Positions 43,570-53,933 of a stretch of 64,000 nucleotides of DNA are shown one piece after another. The notes under the pieces are model-generated. The model was not told where the DNA came from. It saw nothing but the letters and a program-made list of their open reading frames with translations, and ran no database searches. Every line of letters starts with the position of its first letter. Position 1 is the first letter of the stretch. The position numbers and the translations under genes were made by a program. The stretch comes from Alphaproteobacteria bacterium (lineage in GTDB: Bacteria > Pseudomonadota > Alphaproteobacteria > Bin95), in contig OZ219786.1 of NCBI GenBank assembly GCA_964291285.2, positions 1,120,001 to 1,184,000 on the forward strand, in the 5' to 3' direction.

Positions 43570-44325
43570 ATGCTGACCGACGCACAGCTCGACCGCTATG
43601 CCCGCCACCTGATCCTGCCGGAAGTGGGCGGCGCGGGGCAGCAGAAGCTGCTGGCCTCGCGCGTGCTGGCGGTGGGGGCGGGCGGCCTCGGCGCGCCGGT
43701 CCTGCTTTATCTCGCCGCCGCCGGGGTCGGCACGCTCGGCATCATCGACGACGACGATGTCGATGTCTCCAACCTCCAGCGCCAGGTGGTCCACAGCACG
43801 GACCGCATCGGCCGGCCCAAGGCCGAGAGCGCCGCCGCCGCCATCTGGGCGCTCGACCCCGCCATCGGCGTGGAGACCCACAATGAGCGGCTGACGGAGG
43901 CCAATGCCGCCCGGCTCTTCCGTGACTATGACCTCATCCTCGACGGCAGCGACAATTTCGCCACCCGCTATCTCGTCAACAAGGCCGCCATTGCTGCCGG
44001 ACGGACGCTCGTCTCGGGCGCGGTGCTGCGCTTCGACGGCCAGGTCTCCACCTTCAAGCCCCATGCCGGGCCGGAGCATCCCTGCTACCGGTGCCTGTTC
44101 CCGGAGCCGCCGCCGCCGGGCGCGGTGCCGGCCTGCTCGGAAGCCGGCATCCTCGGCGCGGTCGCCGGCGTCGTCGGCACGCTCATGGCGGTAGAGGCGT
44201 TGAAGGAACTGATCGGCATCGGCGACGGCCTCTCCGGGCGTCTGCAGCTCTACGATGCGCTCAACGCCTCGATGCGGACGATCCGCTTCAAGCGCCGCGC
44301 CGGCTGCCCCGCCTGCGGCGGCTGA
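43570..44325 (+). CDS. moeB: MoeB/ThiF family adenylyltransferase
   Basis: RYARHLIL, GAGGLG, SNLQRQ, CYRC and C-terminal CPAC zinc motifs. Confidence 0.88.
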   Translation: MLTDAQLDRYARHLILPEVGGAGQQKLLASRVLAVGAGGLGAPVLLYLAAAGVGTLGIIDDDDVDVSNLQRQVVHSTDRIGRPKAESAAAAIWALDPAIGVETHNERLTEANAARLFRDYDLILDGSDNFATRYLVNKAAIAAGRTLVSGAVLRFDGQVSTFKPHAGPEHPCYRCLFPEPPPPGAVPACSEAGILGAVAGVVGTLMAVEALKELIGIGDGLSGRLQLYDALNASMRTIRFKRRAGCPACGG

Positions 44326-45048
44326 CCTCGCCCCGTTACCGGCGTCAGGGGCCGCGACGCGCCCCCGGCGTCGGTCCTTTACTGAAAATTGTCCCTCATA
44401 TGTCGTATCGGTTTGTCAGATGTAATCGGAGATTTCTTTACATCAGCCAATCCATACGGCGGAATGCCCCGCGGGGGAGCGGCCCCGTCAGCGAGGCCGC
44501 CATGCTTCGGCATGCAGGGGGGAACCGCACTTGTTTTCGAGGCCGGCCGGCGCAGCAGCTCCGCGTGCGGGAGCGCGACGGCCCGCGATACGGCGATGCT
44601 GCCGCTGGATGTCCACGGCCCTCCTGCTGGTCTGCGCTGCAGCGACGCCGGCGGACCGGTCTTTCGCGCAATCCGCTCCGGCAAAACCGACCGGGCTGAC
44701 GGCCGAAGACGGAAATACCCAGGTGCGCCTGCGCTGGACCGGCCCGCAGGATTCGACGATCACGCTTTGGCAATATTCCTGGAAGCTGGAACCGCTTTCC
44801 TTGCAGGACACCGCTTCCTTTGGTCCATGGACGGACATGCCGGAAAGCGACTCGGCCACCAGGCGCTATACGGTAACCGGGCTGACGAACAACCGGACCT
44901 ACAAGTTCAAGATCCGGGCTGTGAATGCTGTCGACCACGGTCGCGAGTCCGATGAGGCGACCGGCGAGCCCTATCCGGTCTTTCCGGCCAAACCTGCCGG
45001 CTTTCAGGCACTTCCGGGAGACCGGAAAGTCGTTCTCATATGGGACCA

Positions 45049-46500
45049 GGTCGTGTCCCCAGGGGTGGTGTAGGAGCTGAAGCTTCCGGTGGTAGCTGTG
45101 GGTAAGTGGCCCGCCGCCGCGACCGTCTGGAGTCAGGCGGCGGCGGGCCACTTACCCACAGCGGAGGCCATCGCGGTGCCGGTTAGGGTTGGGCTGTCAC
45201 AGTCCACCTGACCGGAGGAGTACCACGATGACCACCACCGACATGATGACCCTGCGGGCGCTGTTGGAGAAGAGTTCCGACGCCGACCTGCTTCGCGAGA
45301 TGATCGGGTTCACGGCCGCGCGTCTGATGGCGCTTGAGGTTGAGGGCCTTGCGGGCGCCGCGCACGGCGAGCGCTCGCCGGACCGGATCACGCAGCGCAA
45401 CGGCTACCGGGACCGGGTCTGGGAGACGCGGGCCGGCACGGTCGAACTGAAGATCCCGAAGCTGCGCAAGGGGAGCTACTTCCCGGGCTTCCTTGAACCG
45501 CGGCGGATGGCGGAGAAGGCGCTGACGGCGGTGATCCAGGAGGCCTACATCAAGGGCGTATCGACCCGCTCGGTGGACGACCTGGTGCAGGCGATGGGCA
45601 TGTCGGGCATCTCCAAGAGCCAGGTGTCGCGGCTGTGCGGCGAGATCGACGACAAGATCCGCGACTTCCTCGACCGGCCGCTGGAGGGCGACTGGCCGTA
45701 TCTCTGGCTTGACGCGACCTATGTGAAGATGCGCGAGGCCGGGCGCGTCGTCTCGGTCGCGGTCACCATCGCGGTGGCGGTCAACGATCAGGGCCGGCGC
45801 GAGGTGCTCGGCATGGCGATCGGCGCGTCCGAGGCCGAGACCTTCTGGACCGACTTCCTGCGCTCGCTCGCCCGCCGCGGCCTGCGCGGCGTCAAGCTGG
45901 TGATCTCCGACGACCACAAGGGCCTGAAGGCCGCCGCCACCCGCATCTTCGGCGCCACCTGGCAGAGATGCCGCGTCCACTTCATGCGCAACCTGCTCGC
46001 CCATGCCGGCAAGCAGGGCCGGCGCGTCGTCTCCGCCTTCGTCACTACCGCCTTCGCCCAGGAGGATGCAGACAGCGCCTCCGCCCAGTGGCGCCAGGTC
46101 GCCGACCAGCTCAGGCCCAAGGCGCCAAAGCTCGCCGCCATCATGGACGAGGCCGAGCACGATGTTCTCGCCTACATGACCTTCCCGGCCGCGCACCGCG
46201 CCAAGCTGCACTCGACAAACCCGCTCGAACGCCTCCACGGCGAGATCAAGCGGCGCACAAACACCGTCGGCATCTTCCCCAACGAGGACGCCATCACCCG
46301 GCTGATCGGCGCAATCCTGCTCGAGCAGAACGATGAATGGGCAGTCCAGAGAGCCAGATACATGACGCTGGAATCCATCGCTCCCGTGAGCGACAATACA
46401 ACCGTCAAGTTGCCCGCCGTGGCAGCCTGAGCGTTCCGGCCCTACCCGCCGGACACCGCTACGGACGCCAGGCTCTTACACCACCCGCGGGGGCACGATC
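45049..46500 (+). mobile_element. IS256-family insertion sequence (1452 bp)
   Basis: IRs GGTCGTGTCCCCAGGGGTGGTGTA and GATCGTGCCCCCGCGGGTGGTGTA; 8-bp duplication TGGGACCA at 45041-45048 and 46501-46508. Confidence 0.93.
45228..46430 (+). CDS. IS256 family transposase
   Basis: [40 protein letters not shown]; GGAGG RBS. Confidence 0.95.
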   Translation: MTTTDMMTLRALLEKSSDADLLREMIGFTAARLMALEVEGLAGAAHGERSPDRITQRNGYRDRVWETRAGTVELKIPKLRKGSYFPGFLEPRRMAEKALTAVIQEAYIKGVSTRSVDDLVQAMGMSGISKSQVSRLCGEIDDKIRDFLDRPLEGDWPYLWLDATYVKMREAGRVVSVAVTIAVAVNDQGRREVLGMAIGASEAETFWTDFLRSLARRGLRGVKLVISDDHKGLKAAATRIFGATWQRCRVHFMRNLLAHAGKQGRRVVSAFVTTAFAQEDADSASAQWRQVADQLRPKAPKLAAIMDEAEHDVLAYMTFPAAHRAKLHSTNPLERLHGEIKRRTNTVGIFPNEDAITRLIGAILLEQNDEWAVQRARYMTLESIAPVSDNTTVKLPAVAA

Positions 46501-46616
46501 TGGGACCATGCGGACGATGTCAGCATATACGACTGGCAATACAGGTGGAAGGAGTCCGATGGCCCATACGGAAGCTGGCAGTCTATTCCCGCTTCCGATG
46601 AGAATACGACAACTTA

Positions 46617-46748
46617 TACCAACGGTCGTTGATTGGAACCTATAGCAGAGCCGCCCTCCGCAGCTCGCCTCCTGAGCCGAGGCCTCCTACTGCAAGAGGT
46701 AATCTCCGCCGAGAGAGGCTAATCGGTTCTTATCTGTGGCCGGTGGTA
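46617..46748. mobile_element. 132-bp MITE, copy 2
   Basis: Differs from 27238-27369 at 2 positions; TTA at 46614-46616 and 46749-46751; interrupts the FN3 frame ...TTTY-TVTGL. Confidence 0.92.
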
Positions 46749-46851
46749 TTATACCGTCACCGGCCTTAAAAACGGCACCGAATATACCTTCCAAATTCGA
46801 GCATCTAACGGCCCGAACGGGCCTTGGTCGGATGAAAAATCCGCGACTCCC

Positions 46852-49800
46852 ATGCCAACGGCTCCCGAAAAGCCGACAGGTTTCTCGGTAGAATCCGGGA
46901 ACCTGAAGGTGACGCTGACATGGAATGATCCGGGAAACGACACGATCTCGAAATGGCAATACAAATACAAGACAACGGGAGATTACGGCTCTTGGATCGA
47001 CATACCCGGAAGCACGGCCGGCACAACCCGCCATATCGTCTCCATGCCGGTAAACGATACGGTTCATACATTCAGGATCCGGGCGGTAAATGACATCGGG
47101 GAAGGCGCGGAGTCCGACGAAGCCTCGGCGACGCCCGAGGCGAGAGCGCCGGAAGAACCGTCGGGGCTGATCGCGCTGACGGGCGATGCGCAGATTACTC
47201 TGGAATGGACAGACCCTTCCGACGCTTCGATCCTGAAGTGGCAATACGCCTACAGGACTGCCGGAAATTACGGGGACTGGGCCGACATTCCCGGCAGCGG
47301 CGCGGCCACGACGCGCCATACCATCGGCGAACTGGTCAACGGAACGACCTATACGATCAAAATACGGGCGGTAAACGATGTCGGCGACGGTCCGGAGTCG
47401 GACGGGGTATCCGCAACGCCGCTTTCCGTCCCGGCAAAGCCGGCAGGCTTCGCCGTCACCGCGGGAGACGCCCTTGCCGTCCTCGAATGGGACAACCCGC
47501 TGAACCCGACGATTACCGGCTGGGAGTATTCCTACAGAACCACGGGCAGCTACAGCGGCTGGACAGGCATTCCCGGCAGCGATGCGGCCACGACCGCCCA
47601 TACCGTTCCCGACCTTGAGAACGGCGTCGAACACACCTTCAGGTTGCGCGCGGTCAATGCCAGCGGCCCCGGCGCCGAGTCCGGCGGCATGGCGGCCACG
47701 CCCCGGCCGGTCCCGGCGAAACCCGCCGGGCTTCAGGCGGAGGCGGGCAATACGCAGGCAAGGCTGTCCTGGACCGACCCGGGCAACGACAGCATCTCCG
47801 GCTGGCAATACAGCTTGAAGACGACGGGGGATTACGGCGCCTGGACGAACATCCCCGGCAGCGGCCCCTCGACGGTCCGCTACACGGTGACGGGGCTCGC
47901 CAACAACGTTCTCCATGCCTTCCGGATTCGCGCTGTGAACGGCAGCGGCGCCGGGACCGAATCCGATGAGGCGTCCGCCACGCCCCGTGAGGGGCTGCCC
48001 GGAAAGCCGACGGGCTTCGAGGCCGAGGCCGGCGACGGGGAGGTCGTGCTGACCTGGGACGACCCCGACGATTCCAGCATCCAAGGCTGGCAGTACAGGA
48101 GCGGGGAGGCGAGCGGAGACTACAGCCGACATCCGGTCAATATCCCCGGCAGCGGCGCGAAGACCGTCCGGCATGTCGTGACCGGCCTGGAGAACGGCAA
48201 GACCTATTTCTTCATCCTCCGCGCTACAAACGCCGCCAACGGCAAGTGGTCCGACGAGCGCTCGGCCGCGCCCCGCTCGCTGCGCCCGGCCGCGCCGACC
48301 GGGCTGAAGGCCGCCCCGGGAGATGCGAGCGTCGCGCTGAGATGGGACGACCCGGGCGACGCGACGATCACGGGCTGGCAATACGCCGTGAAAACAATGG
48401 CCGGCTTCGGTGCATGGATGGACATTTCGGGCAGCGACGCAGCCACGACCGCCTATACGGCGACCGGGCTCGACAACGGCGAGAAGCACGTCTTCAAGCT
48501 GCGCGCCGTGAACGGCCATGGCGCCGGGGCGGAGTCGGCGGAGGTCTCCGCCACGCCGGTCCCCGTTCCGGTCAAGCCGGCAGGTTTCGAGGCGGCGCCC
48601 CGCGACGGGAAAGTCGCGCTGACCTGGAACGACCCGGGCGACGCGACGATTACGGGCTGGCAATACGCCGTAAAGACAACGGGCGCTTACGGCCCCTGGA
48701 CCGGTATCGCCGGCAGCGGTGCGGAAACGACTGCGCATACGGTGTCCCCGCTCGACAACGGCACGCCTTACGCCTTCAAGCTCCGCGCCGTAAATGCCAG
48801 CGGCAACGGCGCGGAATCGGATGAGGCGACAGCAACCCCGCTCGCGGTGCCGGCCAAGCCAACGGGCTTCACTGCCACGGCGGGAGATGGCGAGGTCTCG
48901 CTGACATGGACCGACCCGGGCAACAGCAGCATCATCGGCTGGGAATACAGCATCGGGGAGGCCGGCGTTTACAGAGACTGGACCGGCATCACCGGCAGCG
49001 GCGCGTCCACGATGAGCTATACGGTCCCCGACCTCGACAACGGCGCGCCCTACGCCTTCAGGGTCCGCGCAGTAAATCCCAGCGGCAACGGAGCGGAATC
49101 GGATGAGGCGACCGCAACCCCGCTCGCGGTCCCGGCCAAACCGGCGGGCTTCACCGCCACGGCGGGCGACGGGCAGGTCTCGCTGCAATGGGCCGACCCG
49201 ATGGATGCGACCATCACCGGCTGGCAATACGCCGTGGAGACAGCGGATGGCTTCGGCCCCTGGACCGGCATTCCCGACAGCGATGCGGAAACGGCAGCCT
49301 ACACGGTGGCCCCGCTCGACAACGGCACGCCTTACGCCTTCAAAGTACGCGCGGTAAATCTCAGCGGCAACGGAGCGGAATCGGACGAGGCGACTGCAAC
49401 GCCGATCCCGGTTCCGGCCAAGCCGGCGGGCTTCACCGCGACGGTGGGCGACGGGCAGGTCTCGCTGAGTTGGACCGATCCGGGCAACAGCAGCATCGTC
49501 AGCTGGGAATACAGCATTGGGGAGGCCGGCGTTTACAGAGACTGGACCGGCATCCCCGCCAGTGGCGCGTCCACGACGAGCTATACGGTGCCCGGCCTCG
49601 ACAACGGCACGCCCTACACCTTCAAAGTGCGCGCGGTAAATCCCAGTGGCAACGGAGCGGAATCGGACGAGGCGACCGCAACCCCGCTCGCGGTCCCGGC
49701 CAAACCGGCGGACCTGACCGCAACGGCCGGCGATGGGGAGATCACGCTGAGTTGGACCGATCCGGGCAACAGCAGCATCATCGGCTGGGAATACAGCATC

Positions 49801-52800
49801 GGGGAGGCCGGCGTTTACAGAGACTGGACCGGCATCCCCGGCAGCGGCGCGTCCACTATGAGCTATACGGTGCCCGGCCTCGACAACGGCACGCCCTACG
49901 CCTTCAAAGTTCGCGCCGTGAACGCCAGCGGCAACGGCACGGAGTCCGATGAGGCGACCGCCACGCCGCTGGCGGTTCCGGCAAAGCCGGCGGGCTTCGC
50001 CGCGACGGCGGGCGCCGGGGAAGTCGTGCTGTCATGGGACGACCCGGACGACCCCACAATCACCGGCTGGGAATACAACCAGCGGCGCGCAGGCGGGGAA
50101 TTCGAGGTGGACTGGACCCTTATCCTCGGCAGCGGCGCCGCCACGACGAGCTACAGGGTCACCGGCCTCGAAACCGGCGCGACCTACGGCTTCAAGGTCC
50201 GCGCCGTCGCCGGCGGACTTGCGGGCGCGGAGTCGGACGAGGAGACCGTAACCGTCACGCTGCCGCCGGTCCCGGCCAAACCGGCGGACCTGACGGCGAC
50301 GGCGGGCGACCGGGAGGTTACGCTGACATGGGACGATCCGGGCGACCCGTCGATCTCCGGCTGGCAATACCGCTATGGGCCGGCGGGCGAGTTCGGCGAC
50401 TGGACCGGCATTCCCGACAGCGATGCGGGCACGACCGGCTACACGGTGACCGGCCTCAAATACGGCGCAAGCTACGTATTCAGGGTCCGCGCCCTCAATG
50501 CCGGCGGCAACGGCAAGCAGTCCGAGGACGCAACCGCAACCTCGCTTCCGGCGATGCCGACGGGCTTCACCGCGACGGCGGGAGACGGGAAAGTGCTGCT
50601 GGAATGGGACGATCCCGGCGACCCGTCGGTTACCCACTGGGAATACAGGCAGCGGCAAGCCGATGAGCCGTTCGGAAACGATTGGACGGTTCTCCCGCAG
50701 GACGCCACGCCGACCCGCTTCACCGTTCCGGGCCTCGAAATCGGCGCGTCATACGCTTTCAAGCTTCGCGCTGTGAATGCCAGCGGCGCAGGCGCCGAGA
50801 CGGACGAGGTTGCCGCGACCCTGCTGCAGGTTCCCGCCAAGCCGGAGGAATTTACGGTCATACCGGGCGACGGGCTGGCGGCATTGCGATGGCAGAGCCC
50901 GGAAAACCCGGCCGCCGGCTGGCAATACCGGCACAGGACCGAGGGCGGCGAGTTCGGAGACTGGACCGATATGCCGCAAACCGCCGACGATGACGGATTT
51001 ACCGGCTACACCGTGACCGGGCTCGAAAATGGCGTCACCTATTTCTTCCAGGTTCGCGCGGTGGGTGCATCCGGCGCCGGCCCGCCCTCCGAAACGGCAA
51101 GAGCGTCACTGGAACCGGCGCTGGAGCGACCCACCGGCCTCAGGGCGACCCCCGGTTACGGGCAGGTCGTTCTGACTTGGGAAGCCGCGCGCGATCCGAA
51201 CGTCCGCTGGCAGTATGCCTGCTGGATCAACGGCGAGGATATGTGCAATCCCAGAATCGATGATTCTCCGATGGAAAATATACCGAATCCCTGCCGCAAG
51301 TTGCCTTGGATCGATATTCCCGGCAGCAGCGCGGCGACCGTCCGGCACACGGTACCGGGCCTTGCCAGCGGAATCGCTCACACGTTCCAGATTCGAACGG
51401 CTGTGGGCGACAAGTGCAGCGACGAATCGAATGTCGCTTACGCAACGCCGAAAGCGGCAGCGACACCGGCGGAGCGGACGACGGTCAAGGCTGTTCTGGC
51501 GGGCCTCGCGGGCCATGTGGCGGTGGGCGCGAACGCCGTGATCGGGGCGCGCTTCTCCGCCGGTCCGGCTCAGTCGAGTGTCGTTCTCGCCGGGCGGGAG
51601 GTTCCTCTGTTCGCGCGCGGCGGCGAAGAACGGATGCGAGTGCCGCCCGGCGGCGCACCGAAGGCAACCGTCCGGGGCATAAGCGGCCGGGAATTGCTGC
51701 AAGACAGCTCGTTCCAGGTCGCGCTCGGCCCGCCCGGAGGGGAAGGCTTCCCGCAATGGTCGCTCTGGCACCGGGGCGACCTGACGCGTTTCGAGGGCTC
51801 CGCCGGCGCCGGGTCGCGCTACGGAGGCCGCCTGTTGTCGGCCTGGTACGGCGTCGATATGCGGTGGGACGGGCGGTGGCTGGCGGGCGCGGCGCTGGCC
51901 CGCAGCAAAGCGGAAGTGGACTATGCCGGCGGCGGCGGCTCCGGTTTGCTGAGGACCGTCCTCGACAGCGTGCATCCCTATCTGCTGCGGCAGTTCGAGG
52001 AGGGCGGAACGGCCTGGGTTACGGTCGGCAGCGGACGGGGAACGATCGGGAACGAGACGGCGGGCCGGGATATCGAGACCGCGGATGCCGAACTGGCGAC
52101 GGCCTCCACCGGTTTCCGCGCCCCGCTGCCGGCGTTCCGCGGCCTGAAACTGTCCGCCTCCGGAGCGGCCGGCTTCGCACGGTTCGAAGCCGACGGGGAC
52201 GCGCAGACTGCTATCGGCTCGCTTTCCGCCTCCACGAACCGCCAGAGCCTCGGCGCCGAGGCCGCGCTGGAAGATGGGGACACCGCCTACCGCGCATCCC
52301 TGTCGCTGCGCCGCGACGGCGGCGACGGCGCGAACGGCATCGGCCTCGAATTGGCGAAAGGCGTCGAAGCGGCGCTGCCGTCGCTGTCCGGACACGCGGC
52401 GGTCCGTACACGGTGGCTGGTCTGGAATTCCAACGGCGAATACCGGGAATTCGGCGTTGCGGCCGCAGTTCGCCGCCCGGCCGGACCGGACGGCCGCGGC
52501 CTTTCATGGTCGTTGTCGGTTGCGCAGGGGACGGCGGACGGCGCGGCCGGAGGGCCCGAGTCGTTCTGGCGCGAGGACGCTCCGGAACGGGGCGGAGGCG
52601 AGGACGCGTTCTCGCTGGATTTGAGCGCCGGCTGGGGGCTCGTTTCCCGCGGGAGCACGTTTACGCCGCGCGCCGCATTCGGCCTCGCCGGCACGAATGA
52701 CCGAAGGCTCGCGCTCGGACTCGATATCGGGCCGCTGTCCGGCCCCAGGCTGAAACTCGGCGCCGAGCGCCGCATTCCGCATGCGGGCAGTCCCGAAAGC

Positions 52801-52833
52801 CGCATTACCGCCGCCGTGCAGTTCAGATTCTAG
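46852..52833 (+). CDS. Intact 3' remnant ORF of the FN3 protein (16 FN3 domains plus barrel, no signal peptide)
   Basis: PxKPxG...LxW...WQY...YTVxGLxNGxxYxFxxRAVN repeated 16 times. Confidence 0.8.
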   Translation: MPTAPEKPTGFSVESGNLKVTLTWNDPGNDTISKWQYKYKTTGDYGSWIDIPGSTAGTTRHIVSMPVNDTVHTFRIRAVNDIGEGAESDEASATPEARAPEEPSGLIALTGDAQITLEWTDPSDASILKWQYAYRTAGNYGDWADIPGSGAATTRHTIGELVNGTTYTIKIRAVNDVGDGPESDGVSATPLSVPAKPAGFAVTAGDALAVLEWDNPLNPTITGWEYSYRTTGSYSGWTGIPGSDAATTAHTVPDLENGVEHTFRLRAVNASGPGAESGGMAATPRPVPAKPAGLQAEAGNTQARLSWTDPGNDSISGWQYSLKTTGDYGAWTNIPGSGPSTVRYTVTGLANNVLHAFRIRAVNGSGAGTESDEASATPREGLPGKPTGFEAEAGDGEVVLTWDDPDDSSIQGWQYRSGEASGDYSRHPVNIPGSGAKTVRHVVTGLENGKTYFFILRATNAANGKWSDERSAAPRSLRPAAPTGLKAAPGDASVALRWDDPGDATITGWQYAVKTMAGFGAWMDISGSDAATTAYTATGLDNGEKHVFKLRAVNGHGAGAESAEVSATPVPVPVKPAGFEAAPRDGKVALTWNDPGDATITGWQYAVKTTGAYGPWTGIAGSGAETTAHTVSPLDNGTPYAFKLRAVNASGNGAESDEATATPLAVPAKPTGFTATAGDGEVSLTWTDPGNSSIIGWEYSIGEAGVYRDWTGITGSGASTMSYTVPDLDNGAPYAFRVRAVNPSGNGAESDEATATPLAVPAKPAGFTATAGDGQVSLQWADPMDATITGWQYAVETADGFGPWTGIPDSDAETAAYTVAPLDNGTPYAFKVRAVNLSGNGAESDEATATPIPVPAKPAGFTATVGDGQVSLSWTDPGNSSIVSWEYSIGEAGVYRDWTGIPASGASTTSYTVPGLDNGTPYTFKVRAVNPSGNGAESDEATATPLAVPAKPADLTATAGDGEITLSWTDPGNSSIIGWEYSIGEAGVYRDWTGIPGSGASTMSYTVPGLDNGTPYAFKVRAVNASGNGTESDEATATPLAVPAKPAGFAATAGAGEVVLSWDDPDDPTITGWEYNQRRAGGEFEVDWTLILGSGAATTSYRVTGLETGATYGFKVRAVAGGLAGAESDEETVTVTLPPVPAKPADLTATAGDREVTLTWDDPGDPSISGWQYRYGPAGEFGDWTGIPDSDAGTTGYTVTGLKYGASYVFRVRALNAGGNGKQSEDATATSLPAMPTGFTATAGDGKVLLEWDDPGDPSVTHWEYRQRQADEPFGNDWTVLPQDATPTRFTVPGLEIGASYAFKLRAVNASGAGAETDEVAATLLQVPAKPEEFTVIPGDGLAALRWQSPENPAAGWQYRHRTEGGEFGDWTDMPQTADDDGFTGYTVTGLENGVTYFFQVRAVGASGAGPPSETARASLEPALERPTGLRATPGYGQVVLTWEAARDPNVRWQYACWINGEDMCNPRIDDSPMENIPNPCRKLPWIDIPGSSAATVRHTVPGLASGIAHTFQIRTAVGDKCSDESNVAYATPKAAATPAERTTVKAVLAGLAGHVAVGANAVIGARFSAGPAQSSVVLAGREVPLFARGGEERMRVPPGGAPKATVRGISGRELLQDSSFQVALGPPGGEGFPQWSLWHRGDLTRFEGSAGAGSRYGGRLLSAWYGVDMRWDGRWLAGAALARSKAEVDYAGGGGSGLLRTVLDSVHPYLLRQFEEGGTAWVTVGSGRGTIGNETAGRDIETADAELATASTGFRAPLPAFRGLKLSASGAAGFARFEADGDAQTAIGSLSASTNRQSLGAEAALEDGDTAYRASLSLRRDGGDGANGIGLELAKGVEAALPSLSGHAAVRTRWLVWNSNGEYREFGVAAAVRRPAGPDGRGLSWSLSVAQGTADGAAGGPESFWREDAPERGGGEDAFSLDLSAGWGLVSRGSTFTPRAAFGLAGTNDRRLALGLDIGPLSGPRLKLGAERRIPHAGSPESRITAAVQFRF
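48560..49980 (+). repeat. Near-identical 282-bp tandem FN3 coding repeats
   Basis: DPGNSSI(I/V)xWEYSIGEAGVYRDWTGI occurs three times at spacings of 564 and 282 bp, interleaved with a second unit type. Confidence 0.85.
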
Positions 52834-52843
52834 GGAACGGAGT

Positions 52844-53317
52844 CTACCCCGCCCTCAGATCCGCGACCCTGGCGCCGGCGGCATCGCGCAGTCTTTCCGG
52901 CTCGATGGCGAACACGGAAAACGGGCTGCCCGCCGCCGCCCAGACCCGCGCAAACCGGAAGAGGCCCCTGTCCATGAACAGGGCGACGGGCCCCGCATGG
53001 CCGAGAGGGGGCACGCCGCCGATCGCGAATCCGGTCGCGGCGCGCACGAACCCGGCATCCGCCCGGCCGACCTCGGCGCCGACGGCCTCCGACAGCCTGG
53101 CCGTGTCGATCCGGTCGCCGCCGCTGACGACGGCAACCACGGCGCGGTCCCCGGCGCGGAATACCAGCGACTTCGCGATCTCGCCCACCGAGCAGCCGAC
53201 CGCCTCTGCCGCCTCCTCGGCCGTCCGGGTCGAGCCGGGCAGGGTCAGGACCTCGCAATCCAGCGAAAGCGCCTCAAGGGCGGCTTTCACCCGATCCGGC
53301 CCTCGCATCTTCGGCAT
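52844..53317 (-). CDS. YbaK/EbsC family aminoacyl-tRNA deacylase
   Basis: STRTAEEAA, IAKSLVF, TGFAIGGVPPLGH, WAAAG. Confidence 0.9.
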   Translation of the reverse strand: MPKMRGPDRVKAALEALSLDCEVLTLPGSTRTAEEAAEAVGCSVGEIAKSLVFRAGDRAVVAVVSGGDRIDTARLSEAVGAEVGRADAGFVRAATGFAIGGVPPLGHAGPVALFMDRGLFRFARVWAAAGSPFSVFAIEPERLRDAAGARVADLRAG

Positions 53318-53336
53318 CTCGGCTGCCTGAACGCCG

Positions 53337-53864
53337 TCAGGCGGGCTTTCCGAAGGTGGCGATCCGGTCGATGCGGCAGACGAACAGCACCCGCTTCTCG
53401 TCGATCTCGGGGTCGCGCAGGCCGTAGGGCGGCTCGGCGCCGGTATATTTCGACCAGATCTTGTCGAGCTGCCGCGTGACGCGCTCGCCGCCATCCTCCC
53501 ATTCCCGCAACTCCTCCTCCACGGTGCAGCGGATCTGCACCCAGTGATAGGGATTGTCGGGGTTGACGATGAGCACCGTCATTTCGGGATTGGCGCGTAT
53601 CCAGCCGCATTTGGAGCGGTGGGACGCGGTGTTCACCAGGATCCTGTCACCCTCATAGTCGAACCACATCGGCGTGAGCCCGATGCGGCCGTCCGGCGTC
53701 ATCACGCCGAGCGAGACCGTGATCGGCCGGTCGAGCAGGTCCCTGTGGATGGGGTCGAGATCGTCGAGGCTGCTTGCCTTGCGCCGCTCGCCGACGGCGA
53801 ACTGGCCCGCCTGCAGGCCGTCCGCGACATCCCTGAATTTCGTGATCGTGAACCCGTCCGCCAT
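53337..53864 (-). CDS. Pyridoxamine 5'-phosphate oxidase-like (PPOX class) protein
   Basis: TPDGRIGLTPMWFD, INPDNPY-like segment, KY...RVLF; GGAGAG RBS. Confidence 0.75.
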   Translation of the reverse strand: MADGFTITKFRDVADGLQAGQFAVGERRKASSLDDLDPIHRDLLDRPITVSLGVMTPDGRIGLTPMWFDYEGDRILVNTASHRSKCGWIRANPEMTVLIVNPDNPYHWVQIRCTVEEELREWEDGGERVTRQLDKIWSKYTGAEPPYGLRDPEIDEKRVLFVCRIDRIATFGKPA

Positions 53865-53933
53865 GCCCTCTCTCCTTGCCCGGCCGTTGTTCGGGGCGCC
53901 AGTGTGGCGGGCGCGGCGGCGGGCGGCAAGGCG

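Larger units (their letters stand above)
44531..52833 (+). pseudogene. Giant fibronectin type III repeat surface protein (18 FN3 domains plus autotransporter-like beta-barrel), disrupted by IS256 and a MITE
   Basis: Joining 44609-45048, 46509-46616 and 46752-52833 gives one frame of about 2209 aa with a signal-like N-terminus (start at 44531 TTG or 44609 ATG) and a terminal ...VQFRF. Confidence 0.87.

Noticed and set aside
41267-43585. 772-aa ORF as a single protein
   Set aside because: Chimera of the antisense of the DadA-like gene, the real Na/Pi cotransporter N-terminus (from 42187) and read-through into the IS end
46617-46748. Frame-preserving MITE with TGA as possible selenocysteine read-through
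   Set aside because: An in-frame TAA follows within the MITE, and the gene is already broken upstream by IS256
46852-51460. FN3 repeats as a CRISPR array or DGR template/variable pair
   Set aside because: Repeats are in-frame protein domains with no spacer structure; no cas or reverse transcriptase gene in the window
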